A DNA stretch of 64,000 nt. It comes from Selaginella moellendorffii. Lineage: Eukaryota > Plantae > Lycopodiophyta. Each line of letters opens with the position of its first letter. Positions within the stretch are counted from its first letter, which is position 1. Shown here piece after piece: positions 35,101 through 46,875 of the stretch. Below the pieces are notes generated by a model. It had not been told where the DNA came from. It did no database searches and saw only the letters and a program-made list of their open reading frames with translations. The DNA lies in assembly GCF_000143415.4 (NCBI RefSeq), contig NW_003314408.1, positions 241,860-305,859 of the forward strand. Reading direction: 5' to 3'. Both the position numbers and the translations under genes were made by a program.

Positions 35101-36890
35101 TGTACGTGACTAATTCTTGCAATTCTAGGGACATTATTCTTGCGTTCAAAACGTTTTGTAGATTTGTTGGGGATTTGGACATGGAGAATGTAAGAGATTT
35201 TTTGTGTGCTCATATAAACCATTTTTACGGATTTGTATCATGTGCAGGTTGTAGATAGCAGCATTGACGAGCTCTTGACTGAAGGATACTGGATCAAAGC
35301 CGTTGGAAAAATTGCGCATTGCGTTGCTTTGACACACCCGAAAAAAGTGAGCTTCTTTAGTTCTTTGTTTTGGACTCACAGGAATTTCTACAGGTTGGTG
35401 CAATTTGCAATCTTCTGTGGCCTGTTCTCAAAAGAGACTACGTTTTCCAAAGGATAGCAGCTGCCGCCGCTTTATCGGAATATGTCAAAACCAGGTTTCT
35501 TGGCTCTTCTGTTTCTTGTAACTAGTTTATTTTTATGGATGGTGGGGCAGTAGGGGGACCGCTGACGTTTTGGAACAACTTGTTGGAGTCTTGAGTCGCC
35601 ATATTGGAGATGAATCTCCTGTAGTAAGACGCTTATGCGTCGAAGGCCTTGTTCAGGTGTCTGTACTTGTTTTTTCTTTCAATAAGCTGTTCTTGTACTC
35701 CTCGACAGGTGCCCCATGACGATATGGCGCAATACGCACCGCAGGTGTTGGGTGTAATCGTTACTCTGATTGACGACGATGTGGAATCTGTATCGTATGC
35801 CGCCGTGCAAGGTCTCCCACTGGTAAGAGTCGGGTTTTCTCCGCTTTATTTGTTCTAATTACCTTCGCGTAGGTGCTCGAGATAACAACAGAAGAGACAG
35901 TGGTTCCGGTTTTGCTTAACCTCTGTGTACGTTTAAGATCTCTCCAGGTACTCGGTTTGTTACATACATGTTGGTTCAATGCTTGAAAGATTGTTGTTAG
36001 ACGAGGGAGAGCGTTCATATGAGAGCAGCATCGTTTGGTGCACTTGGGACGCTAAGTGCTTTTGCCACTGGATCGCAACTGGATGCATTTCTGGAGCAAG
36101 TAAGCTGAACCTTACCCGAGCAATGCTTATTCGTGCGCTCGTTACAGATGCACTCAATCCTCCCGCGTGTGCTTTTGCATATAAATGACGAGGATTCATC
36201 TGTCCGACAAGCATGCAAGGTATCCCAGTGAAGTGTTTCTTTCATTTACATTCCACTGTTGTTCTTTTTCACAGACAACATTCAAGAGAATCGCTCCTCT
36301 CCTTCAGGCTGAAGAGCTCAAACATGTGGCGAGACTCGACTGCAAGGAATCGGACAACAGGCTCGTAGAATCTCGATCTCCTCAAAGTGAAACTAACCTT
36401 TTCTCTTTCCGCAGGCTGTATTACGACGCGTTCTTGAAGGAAATAACGAGACATCTGATAACTCGATTTTCAGACAGATTGGACACATACTTGTCCTGTG
36501 CAATCCAGGTAAGGACGTGGTTTCCCTGTTGCTCACTCCTAAAAGAAAAGCTCCCGTTTGATTCCACAGGCGTTTGATTCGCCATGGCCGCGGGTCCAAG
36601 CCAACGCTGTTTCGTTTGTAGCCTTTATGCTGTCACAGCTCGAAGATCAAAGATCCTCCTCGATTTACGTGCCACAGGTAATGCTTGAAAACTTGGGAAA
36701 AAGTAAAAGTTCGCTTACTATTCTACTTTTATGCTCGATCAATCAGGTAGTGACACTGCTAATGCGAGCTGTCGAAAATTCGCCCAGCCAGATTGTAAGA
36801 GCCCGATCGGCATGGGCTCTTGGAGTTCTTCTTGAGCAGCTTAAATTGTCATCAAGTTTTAGTGGGGACGTTCTTGCGGGATGTACATAA
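29173..36890 (+). CDS. SGR6: SHOOT GRAVITROPISM 6 / MROH-family HEAT-repeat protein, dozens of short exons
   Basis: Spliced N-terminus [20 protein letters not shown]...VILDCC. Internal [74 protein letters not shown] and AFDSPWP.VQANA. Stop TAA at 36888-36890. Confidence 0.88.
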
Positions 36891-37524
36891 TGTGAATTAT
36901 ATGACATTAAATACAAATAACTTCGTGAATTTCTAAACTATCTTACAATTTATCATGACATTAAGAGAATTACACATCCAATGACTAATTAATGTAAACC
37001 ATTGGTTTTAAAAAATTATTTACTATAACAATCATTTCAATCATATGCCACTATTACTCTTTTTTTTAATTTAGATTATTTACTTTCAACTTTATGTCAT
37101 GAAAGTTTTTGCACAAAATAATCAAGAGTGATATTAAATTTAATTGAGAATTTATAATAAATGTTTAAGTTAAACATTGAGCTAACTAATTAAACTTAAA
37201 ATTTGTTGTTTATATGCATTATAAACTTAAATTTAAATTACCATAAAATAACAAAATATAGAAAGTTAGAATATCTTTACAAGATTCAATAACTAGGATT
37301 TATAATACTTCTCAAAGATTAATAACTTGTATAAATTTATAATTGAGAAAAGTAAAAATAATAAAAGAAACTACATAATAAAATTACTTAAATTTATTTA
37401 GTGATACTTTTGAGTAAGTTTAAGAATTTAAATTATAATAAATATTTTAAATTTATCACTATCTTTTATTTATGACTTTTAGAGTTTGTCATCAACTTAC
37501 TGTTAGTATTGTTTATTTTCTTTA

Positions 37525-37570
37525 GCATATGACAAATGCAAAATGATGCATATGACAAATGCAAAATGAT
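37525..37570. repeat. Perfect 23-bp tandem duplication in AT-rich intergenic DNA
   Basis: GCATATGACAAATGCAAAATGAT occurs twice in a row. Confidence 0.85.
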
Positions 37571-40500
37571 AATAGAAAATAAAAATATAGACATATTTAC
37601 AGAAATAGTTTCTTTATATTTTTCTACACAAAATTATTAATAGCATACGCTACTCTCACCTATAACATCACATTAAATTTTCAACAATAACAATTTTAAT
37701 ACTCACTTACTTCAAGAATTTTCAGTATTGGTTTGATTTATATGCCACTTCCATGGATCAATACAGAAAAAAAAAACAAAAATGTAAGAAATTTTAGATA
37801 ATAAAAAAAACACTATTTTGTAAAATATATAATCATAAATTACTATTGGAAACAATTGTAGAAATTTAGATATGCAAAAAACCTTTACACAAATAAAATA
37901 TAAATTTTTAATATAAATATTTTACTTTATTCAAATTATTAAATATTCCATAATATAAAGAACATTTTCAAATATTTTTTGCCCTAATATTATATAATAA
38001 AAAGATTTAAACATAAATGTTTTTTAGTAAAACAACTTATATTTGTTTAGTAATGGCAAGAAAAAGGGTAAACCCAAATATCTATTAAAATATTCTTTAA
38101 AAAACTACTTTGAGGTTACTCGAAGAGCATAAATTGAAAAGACATTTAGGCTTTTGAAAAGAATTATAGAAAATAATAAGTTAAAAAATTATTCTAAAAA
38201 AATTCAGTTTTATTTTATATATATATAGATAAATGCATAATCAACTATAAATTATCTGAAAAAACCAGAAAATTTAATAATTTTACAAGAGAAGGCTCTA
38301 TAACTTTTCAGATAAATTCCTTCCTCTTTGTCATCTAATATACATTTACATTCTTTCTTTTATAGGTGAATTCCCTTGTTGATCCTAAGAAATCTAAAGA
38401 TTATGTACTAGTTATTTCATCCAATAAGAAAAGGATGAAAGTTAGTGGATAACTTGTGCTAATCTTTACTTAAAGACTCTCAACGCACTTATATTATTGC
38501 ATGTAAATGCAAAATAATAAGAGGCAATAGATTTGAATATGACATATGGTTTGAGACGAAAATAAGAACTTGAGATATATTGACAAGCTAAATAATATAT
38601 CTTTTATGAAAGCCTACTTTTGTATTTAAAGGTTGTATTCTTTAACTTAATAACTAGTTTTCTTAATTCAAAAAAGGTTTTACAAAAAAGAGAGGCGTTT
38701 TGCTGAGGAATTTCCCTTTTTATAATTTAGACCTAGTTTATGTCTTGATGTTCTAAAAGAAAGGCAACCTCATTGCGCATACACATTTGCAAGAATAAAA
38801 AAGGGAAGATAAAAAACATATGTTCTTCGTTGTCAAGTCTGCAGTAGGTGCAGGAAGTCGATGAGTGGTCCTCTCTGTTACTAGTGCAAGATGCCACTGG
38901 ACACATGTCAAATTCATGTTTCACCTCGCTCAGCCAATGAGCACTTAGGGTTTCGGCCTGGATATAAAATGTATGAGCTAAGTATTTCAATAGATAGAGG
39001 AACTTATCAAGCAAGAGAAAGAGCCACTCCAAGTTTGTTTGTCTAAGATATGAGCTGGGGCACATACCATGGCTCCAAAGCCCAGCCAAGTTGTGGAACG
39101 TCTCTACAGCCTCGCTCAGAGCAGACACATCACTCTCCAGTCAACTTTCTTTCAAGAGATTTCTACTCTTCCTCTTGTCCAAATTTTGACAAGCATGGGC
39201 TTTTCCTTCACAGGTTGGCTACAAGGATTACCAATTCTTCTTCAGCTCATCCAATAGGCAAGAAGGCATGGATGGCCACTGCAGCTCAAGAGTTATATAG
39301 CAAATCATTATATAAAGGTGGTGGAAGATAAGGTTTATGATAGAATAAAGTGGATGGGTAATAGAATGAATATAAAATATAAAAATGAGAGAGTAGAGGA
39401 TTTTAATTAGGTAGGCTTGATGGTTTAGAGTTTCTTGAGCTGAATTCTTTGTACTTTTAGTTGCATGCTGTGAGAGAAAGATTAGAGGTGAGCTCTCTAC
39501 AGTCGAATAAATTTATAGTTCTAATTAATAGGCATATATAGTTTTACTATATTTGAAAATTATTCTACATGATCAATTTAATTAATAAATAGGAATCACA
39601 CTACTATTAAGCATTACTGCAATGTGCAGAAATTTTTTTGACAACAATTCAATGGAATTTAACAATTTCTATGTATTGTTTCTTTCCAAGAGGTTCATTC
39701 ATTTATTCATTTTTATATTATTCACAATGCCCCCAATTAGAAGAATGAAACCAATGGATTCAAAGTATGCTACCATCAAACACTTGTTCTGTTCAATCTC
39801 TTTTACAACATTGTCCCTTCCACAATAAAGAGCAAGTGGAATGGCTAAGAAGATTGAACACTAGATAATGAACTTTGCTAGTATTTGTGTTATGACTAAG
39901 GAAGCCAACTTTTTAAATAACGAAAGAACCAAACCAAAGACCAACTAGTTTTCCTACCATTCTAAAAACATGTTATCTGTTTTGCAAGCTATACAGAATT
40001 ATAAAAGCTCCCAAAATTTATGGCACATTGCCACCAAGAAAACTTTCTTTCCATGGTGAAGTACCATAGATCCACCAAAACTGCCAGATTCTTTGTTAGG
40101 TACCAGTGCTGCAAGGCCGACATTCTATCTCACTCTCAGAATCGTTCTCAACACTTGCACTCGGGTTGAAGCTCTGGAATGATCCACCAGAGCTAGTGTG
40201 CATTGAGCACAGCATTTTGTGAATCAAAAGCTTTGAAGTTAATGTCTCACGTAAACAAGATGAAACCCTCAAGAGGAGCTCATGAGCGTCAGCCACCTAA
40301 AATAGAATAGGTGACAAGAAGAGTAGAATCTACTTGCATATTCTGTATAGAAAAATAATGTACCACTCCAATTGAAGGTGTACATGTATGTAAACATATG
40401 ATGCCATCGTCATAGCTTTCCAACAACCAGAGAATCGACGGCTCTAGGTGGCACCACGCGCTGCAACATCATTGGCTCCCAAGTATTCCGGACCCTCCTT

Positions 40501-40769
40501 CCCACATGGACGATGTGAGACCATCGTAAGCTCCGGCCCATGCCCATCCATGGCCTCATGCGCATGCCCATGGATGTCCCATTGCTTAAGAGCTAATCGC
40601 GATTATTTAGTGGCCGGGTTTTATATCCACGGCCTTTGTTTGTTCGCCAGGAGAGCTCGTCCTCCGCCCCCCCGCCGGGATTTCTCCTCTCCTCCACCCC
40701 CTCCGCGCGGATCTCACATTTCTCCCGATCTAGCTTCTCAATCAGCGCCGCGAGCGAGGGGATCGAGCG

Positions 40770-42776
40770 ATGGATTGCGCTCCCGGGGCGTCGCTGTCGG
40801 CGGCAAGGGTAGGTCTCAATTTCCAGCACGGAGATTTCCGGAGCGCAAGGCCCAGGTCTGGCTCCTCCATCGCCTCGTCCTCCGGCCGCTCCGGCGCTCT
40901 CGTCGTCCAATCCAAGAAGAAGGGGCCCGAGGAATGGAGCTATCCGTGGCCCAAGAAGATCACCAAGGACATGCAAAAGGATGCGCTCAATCTCCTGTGC
41001 CGATACAAGCCCCTGCCGGTCAAGCCCAAGCCCGTGACGCTCCCGTTCGAGAAACCTATCATCGATCTCGAAGCTAGAATCGAAGAGGTATGATCTTACA
41101 CTCCATCTAGAGCTAGCAAAAAGTTTTGGTTCCATCCTCGCTTGTTCTCTTTGCTTGCATGCCGTGTTTTTCTGTGCTCGTGTGTGATCTTTGGCTCTAA
41201 TGACCTTTGGTTTTCTCGATATCAGGTGCGAGATCTTGCCAATAAGACTGGCGTGGATTTTAGCGGCCAAATCGAAGAGCTCGAGCAAAAATACCACCAG
41301 GTTGGTCCGACGAGTTTTTAGTTCCTGCTAAGTTTTGTTTTTGTTGGCAGGTCCGGCAAGATCTTTACAAGAATTTGACACCGGTCCAGCGATTGAATCT
41401 AGCACGTCATCCGAACCGTCCTACATTCTACGATCATGTTTTAAATATGACTGACAAGGTAACACAACGGCCGTGGACTTGTTTTCCATTTTTTTCGAAG
41501 CCTTCATCTTCTTAGCCTTTGAACTTCGTGTTTCAGTGGCTGGAGCTTCACGGTGATCGTGCTGGTCACGACGATGCGGCTATAGTTACAGGAATCGGAA
41601 AGATGGAAGGCATGAGCTTTATGTTTATTGGACACCAGAAGGGACGGAACACCAAGGAGAACTTGTATCGGAACTTCGCCATGCCTCAACCTTGGGGGTA
41701 TGTATAGCGTTCTTTCACTTGCAGAAAGTTATATGCCGTGGTTCTTTTTCCAGATACCGTAAGGCTTTGAGGATGATGAAGCATGCAGCGCACCATGGAT
41801 TTCCTATTTTGACATTTGTGGACACTCCAGGTGCTTATGCCGGTCTTGAGGCCGAGGAAACTGGTCAAGTAAGAAACTTTGTTTTGTGTTCTTGTTTTCT
41901 GACTTCCCTCTTTTATCTTTGCTAGGGAGAGGCAATTGCTATGAACCTCAGAGAAATGTTTGGCTTGAAGGTTCCAATTATAACAACCGTCATTGGAGAA
42001 GGTGGCTCTGGTGGTGCACTAGCAATTGGATGTGGCAACAAGATGCTTATGATGGAAAACTCCGTCTATTACGTGGCCAGGTTTGTACACTTTCTGGAAC
42101 CTCTTCCGGTTTCTAACTTTTCCCTTCCTCGTACAGCCCTGAAGCGTGTGCTGCGATTCTTTGGAAGTCCGCTGAAGCTGCGCCAAAGGTAATGCGAAAG
42201 TCTTCTGGTGCGTAAATTTTGACGAGATTCGATTTTGTCTCCAGGCAGCAGATGCTCTGAAAATTACGCCAACCGACCTTAAGGAGCTTAAGATTGTGGA
42301 CGAAATAATTCCAGTAACCAAAGCCTGTTTTCTTCTCTGTTTGCTAACAGAGATCATCGGTTTTGCAGGAGCCGCTTGGAGGCGCACAGTACGATCCCGA
42401 AACCGCCTCGAAAAACATAAAGAAAGTTTTGCTTAGACACATGGAGGTATGGATGAACGTCTTCCGTTTCGAGACATAAATTTCGTCGTGATTGCAGGAC
42501 CTGCTGAAGATGGATACTCAGTCCCTATTGAAGCAACGCCACAACAAGTACCGCTCAATCGGAGAGTTCGAGGAGTTTGCGAATCTCGATTCCTCCGAGA
42601 AGCGCAGCATGAAACCCCGCGACGCGCCTGTCCCGGAGGAGCCGGCGGAGGAGCTCCTCCTCCCAGACGGCCTCTCCACGTCCAAGCCAGCGAATGGATT
42701 TCCATCGTCTCTGCGAGTGGATGGAGTCCCAGTGAGCAGCGTCGAGTATGCGAGTGCAAAGGAAAGAGCGGTCTAA
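40770..42776 (+). CDS. CAC3: Plastid heteromeric acetyl-CoA carboxylase carboxyltransferase alpha subunit, about 10 exons
   Basis: [73 protein letters not shown] and EPLGGA. Confidence 0.95.
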
Positions 42777-43058
42777 GTTAAGTTTTCTCCATTCCAAGAT
42801 CACCAAGAACAGCAAGAAAGAAAAAAAGAGGAAGTTTTGGGACGAGCGAGCTCTCTACTAACAACCACGAGACGACAGATCAGAAGAAAGAATATAGCGC
42901 GTAGGATCACAGCTCCAAGATGGTGTGTAAAACTATCTATACGTATCATTGGAATAATAAAAGAGTGAGGTTTCTTTTGAAACTATAGGGCAAGATGGAA
43001 GAGCGCTATGGCGGAGCAATGTGATGATCGATGATGCGCGTCTAGGGAAGATTTCCTC

Positions 43059-44392
43059 ATGGCTGCATTGGCGCAGAGTGGAGCTCGGCGCATTGGATTT
43101 GGGCAACCGCTGCTAGTTTCCTCGAGGCCAAGACCTAGCTTGGCCGTGCCGGGGAGAAGAACGCGCGGCTGGAAGCGATTGCTCGTCAGGGAGCGATCCT
43201 CCACACAGGTAATCGCTCGCATTTTTCCGAAATTCTTTCTCAAGCCGGGCATGGATCGTTTCTGCCAGTGGGAGTTCCTCCTGCCGTGTTCCTTCTCGTC
43301 ACAAAGCGAGGGCAGCGGCGATGACGACCAGTATAAGGGCGAGCCGGGCGATCCACCATCGTCGTCGTCTCCAGAGCTCTCCTGGTGGATGAGACTGCGG
43401 AAGGCAAGGTCTCGTTACATTCTCACACTCCATTTTTCTTTTTCTTTCTTTCTCATTCATCGCGAGCTATGAACTTTCTTCTTTTCCACAGGTCGATTTT
43501 CTCCAGCTCCTTCTAAACCGCTCCCACAAAGACAAGGCCTGGGCAGTCCCCTGGACAGGGCACACCATCTTCCAGGTAAAAACAATCAATCTTTTCCATT
43601 GAGAGCTCTTTGGCTCGAGCTCTCGAGCTTTCTCTTCTAGTGTCATCCAACTTCTTTCCATTTTCTTGACATTTTCTTGACAATTTATCTTCGATCTCAG
43701 AACTAAAAGCTGGTATCTCTTTCTTTCAGGTGATGTTCTTGTGGTTTGGAGCCTTCTGGCTGGTTGGCTCGTGGTTCATCCCCATCGCCGCTCACGCGCT
43801 GGGCTACAGCAAAGACTCGCTCACATACCGCGGCCAAGCGCTCTACAGCCTCGTCACGGACATCGCCGAAGGCACTGTCGGGCTGGGAATCCTCCATCGC
43901 TGCCTCGCCGAGTTTCATCCCCTCTCCAAGGACTGGTTCCCGGTAAGTTGGCAGGGACAGTGGTACGTCGAGGCCTGCCTCGGCTGCCTCATCTTCCCGC
44001 TCGTCAATCGCCTCTCGCAGTTCAACCTCGATCTCCTGCCGCTGCCATCGCCATTCACGGCCTCGAGCGTGGAGCAGTCCATCTCCGCCAGGGATCCCAT
44101 CGCCACCCTCCTCTACGCGGTGGTGGTGTCTGTGTGTGCGCCGGTGTGGGAGGAGGTGCTCTTCCGGGGGTTTTTGCTGCCATCGCTCACGCGCTATCTG
44201 CCTCTGTGGGCGTCCATCGCCATCTCCGCGCTCGCCTTCGCACTGGCGCACTTCAGCCCCCAGCGCCTCCTGCCGCTCACTTTCCTGGGTCTTGTGATGG
44301 GGGTGGTGTTTGTGAGGAACAGGAATCTCCTCTCGTCTATGCTGCTCCATAGCCTGTGGAACGTCTTTGTCTTCGTGGAGCTCCTCAGGTGA
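43059..44392 (+). CDS. CPBP (CAAX protease/Abi) family intramembrane metalloprotease, probably plastid-targeted
   Basis: Transit-like N-terminus, WAVPWTGHTIFQ|VMFLW, APVWEEVLFRGF, FALAHF and LLHSLWN. Confidence 0.9.
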
Positions 44393-44704
44393 TAAGCTAG
44401 AAAACAACCGCGAATTTAATCAAAAGAAATTTTGCTAAGTCGTAAACATAACAGAATCTCATTAAAAAGAATCTAATCTGAGCAAGAGAATCTTTGAAAG
44501 TTGCATTATAAACAACTTTGCTACCTGCAGATAAGAAGAATATAACTTAGCGTTTTGAGATTATTTTGATATGAATAGTAAGTCAATACATTTTTTAAAA
44601 AAATTCAAAGTTAAAAGCAAGTTTTCTTCTACTTTAGGTATTTATTTCATTAAAATATTTTTAACATAATCGCTTGATACCTTTTTCGAGCCAATGCCCA
44701 GTAG

Positions 44705-45553
44705 TTAAGAAAAGTCTAGATCACCCTTTTGATGGTTTCTAGAGACCAAGTAGAGAATCCCAAAGGTGGCAAGCATTGCGATCCAACCGCCAACCGTGAC
44801 GCGTGTCGAGGCGGCGAGGATGGGCGCCTTCCCAAGCCTCGCCCCGCATGCCCCAAATGCCGCCAGTCCCATGCTTGTCGACAAACCGATAGCCGCCAGC
44901 CGCCAGCGGTACGCCTCCACGAACCCCGCGGCAAGCAGCGGCACAGCGCCGCCGGTGGTAAACGCCACCGCCGACACCGCAGCCGCCTGCCACGGTCGCG
45001 CCAGCGCGTCCACGTCGATGCCCAGCTCCTCCCTCGCATGGACTTTAACCACGTCCTGGCCGTCGCGGGATAGCTGTGCAGCCACCTCTCTCGCCAGCTC
45101 CGGTGTCAGTCCGCGCGTCACGTATATCTGGGCCAACTCCTCTAGCTCCCGTGCCGCCGCGTCACCCCCGGCGGCGTGCTGCCGCCGCTCCCTCTCTATC
45201 TCGGCCACCTCGGTGTCGCGCTGCGAGGACACCGACACGAACTCTCCCACCGCCATGCTGCACGCGCCGGCGATGAGGCCCGCGATGCCCGAGAGGATGA
45301 TGCTGCGCTCGTTACTGTTCCCGGCACTCACGCCCAGAAGGAGCGATGCTATCGAGACCAGGCCATCGTTGGCGCCAAGGACGAGAGCCCGCAGCCACGG
45401 AGCTCTGTGAGCGACGGGGAGGCCGCTCCCGCAGTCCTCTTTGGCCGCTTCTCCATCTCCCTCGGTTTGTTGGTTTGCTGCTTCATTTGGTAGCTCTGCC
45501 TCGTGATCTAGTTGCTTTTCTAGATCCTCGACTTTGGAACCGTGGAAACACAT
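44705..45553 (-). CDS. VIT1/CCC1-family vacuolar iron transporter-like protein (nodulin-21-like), intronless
   Basis: RAPWLRALVLGANDGLVS, AGACSMAVGEFVSVSSQRD and HAREELGID...PWQAA. First ATG at 45553. Confidence 0.92.
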   Translation of the reverse strand: MCFHGSKVEDLEKQLDHEAELPNEAANQQTEGDGEAAKEDCGSGLPVAHRAPWLRALVLGANDGLVSIASLLLGVSAGNSNERSIILSGIAGLIAGACSMAVGEFVSVSSQRDTEVAEIERERRQHAAGGDAAARELEELAQIYVTRGLTPELAREVAAQLSRDGQDVVKVHAREELGIDVDALARPWQAAAVSAVAFTTGGAVPLLAAGFVEAYRWRLAAIGLSTSMGLAAFGACGARLGKAPILAASTRVTVGGWIAMLATFGILYLVSRNHQKGDLDFS

Positions 45554-45913
45554 GATCGAGCTTCTCAAATACCCGACATTTTCTGCGATCCAAACCGCAA
45601 TGTTAAAATCTAAATTAAAAAAAAAAAAAAACGATTAAACATGCCTTACCTGTGCTGTTTCCAAGATCTGGGAGAAGAATTCTAAAAGTGGGGCAAGAAA
45701 ACAAATGTGAATACCTGGTAACTGAAATATATAATTCTCGGATCCCGCAAGAGCAGCATTCTCGTCCGAACGCGTGGTCTTAAGTTGTAACGAACTGTGG
45801 AGTCCATGAGCCGAGCACACTCCCCGGTCCCACTGTTTGGTTTCTACGAGGGAAGCTTTGTCCGTGTCTGTCTCGTCCAACTCGACGCGGTTCGTCACGT
45901 CACTTCCTCCGCA

Positions 45914-46036
45914 TCATACGTTATGCTCCTCCTTGTCGTCTGGGAGCTGCATTCCCATCATTCCCAGACTGGTCCTGCTGCGATGAGTACGAGTCGAGCA
46001 AGTTCTTAAGCAGGTTCATGTCCACGTCCACGGGGC
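45914..46036 (-). pseudogene. Isolated 3' fragment of an ecdysoneless (ECD/SGT1-family) gene
   Basis: The minus strand reads PVDVDMNLLKNLLDSYSSQQ and, after a frameshift/deletion, LGMMGMQLPDD...stop. This matches the recalled ECD C-terminal motif. No upstream exons are present. Confidence 0.75.
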
Positions 46037-46875
46037 CTGGAGTTTTTTATTTCTTTTTCTCTGTGGCGTGCAGGATATGACGAGCGCAAGCTATTGTGGT
46101 CGTCCTTTGAGAACCAGCAGTTCTACACTGTCGATGTGCAAGTGCCGGGTAAGTCAACTGCAGACACGTTATCTCATGTTTTTTTCTCTTGCGTACTACT
46201 GTACAGGTCTCTCGTCGCTGGATCAAGTGCATGTTGAAAAACATGGAAGGGGTGTGCTTGTTTCCACGGAGAAGGACGTTTACCGCCCTGAGAAGCTTGC
46301 CGTTCCTCTTTACACAATGTCGACGGTTTAACAGCTAATCTGCAGGATGAGATTCTCACCATTCGCCTTCCCAAAATGGTCGCTGCGCTTGAAGGGACAG
46401 CTTCGACAGTGCCAACTGAGGACTGTGACGAGGCCGAGCTGGACATGAGTATTTTGTTATTTTTCTTTTACCTCTACTAATTTCTTTTCCTTTTCTGCTG
46501 CAGCCACGAGCAAACGTCTCAAGGCAGCTATTATAGATGACAAGCATCATGTCAAAGTTCCAGGTATGTCCCTGAAAACTTTCACGTTTTCTCAATAGCT
46601 TTCTGTGCAGGAAGTGATTGTGGACAATACAGGGCCGGAACTCGTCGTTAAGACCACTGCCAACGTCTTCCACCAAACAAAGTTTAAGCTTCCCTCCAGT
46701 GCTGACGTGAAGCAGGTGAGAGCGTCTTTCTGGAACAGCTTGCTTACCATTTGCATTCCCAACAGTGCAACAGACACTCGGGAGCTGAACATGAGTATTT
46801 TGTGTTTTTTGTTTTCACCTCTACTAATTTCATCTCGTTCTCTGCTACAGCCACAAGCAAATGTCTTGAGGCAAC
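46036..46875 (+). pseudogene. 5'-truncated, frameshifted copy of the alpha-crystallin-domain exons at 53666-54540 (introns retained)
   Basis: Near-identical to 53666 onward, starting inside intron 1 (CCTGGAGTTTTTTATTTC...), with several small deletions and no exon 1. Confidence 0.88.
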
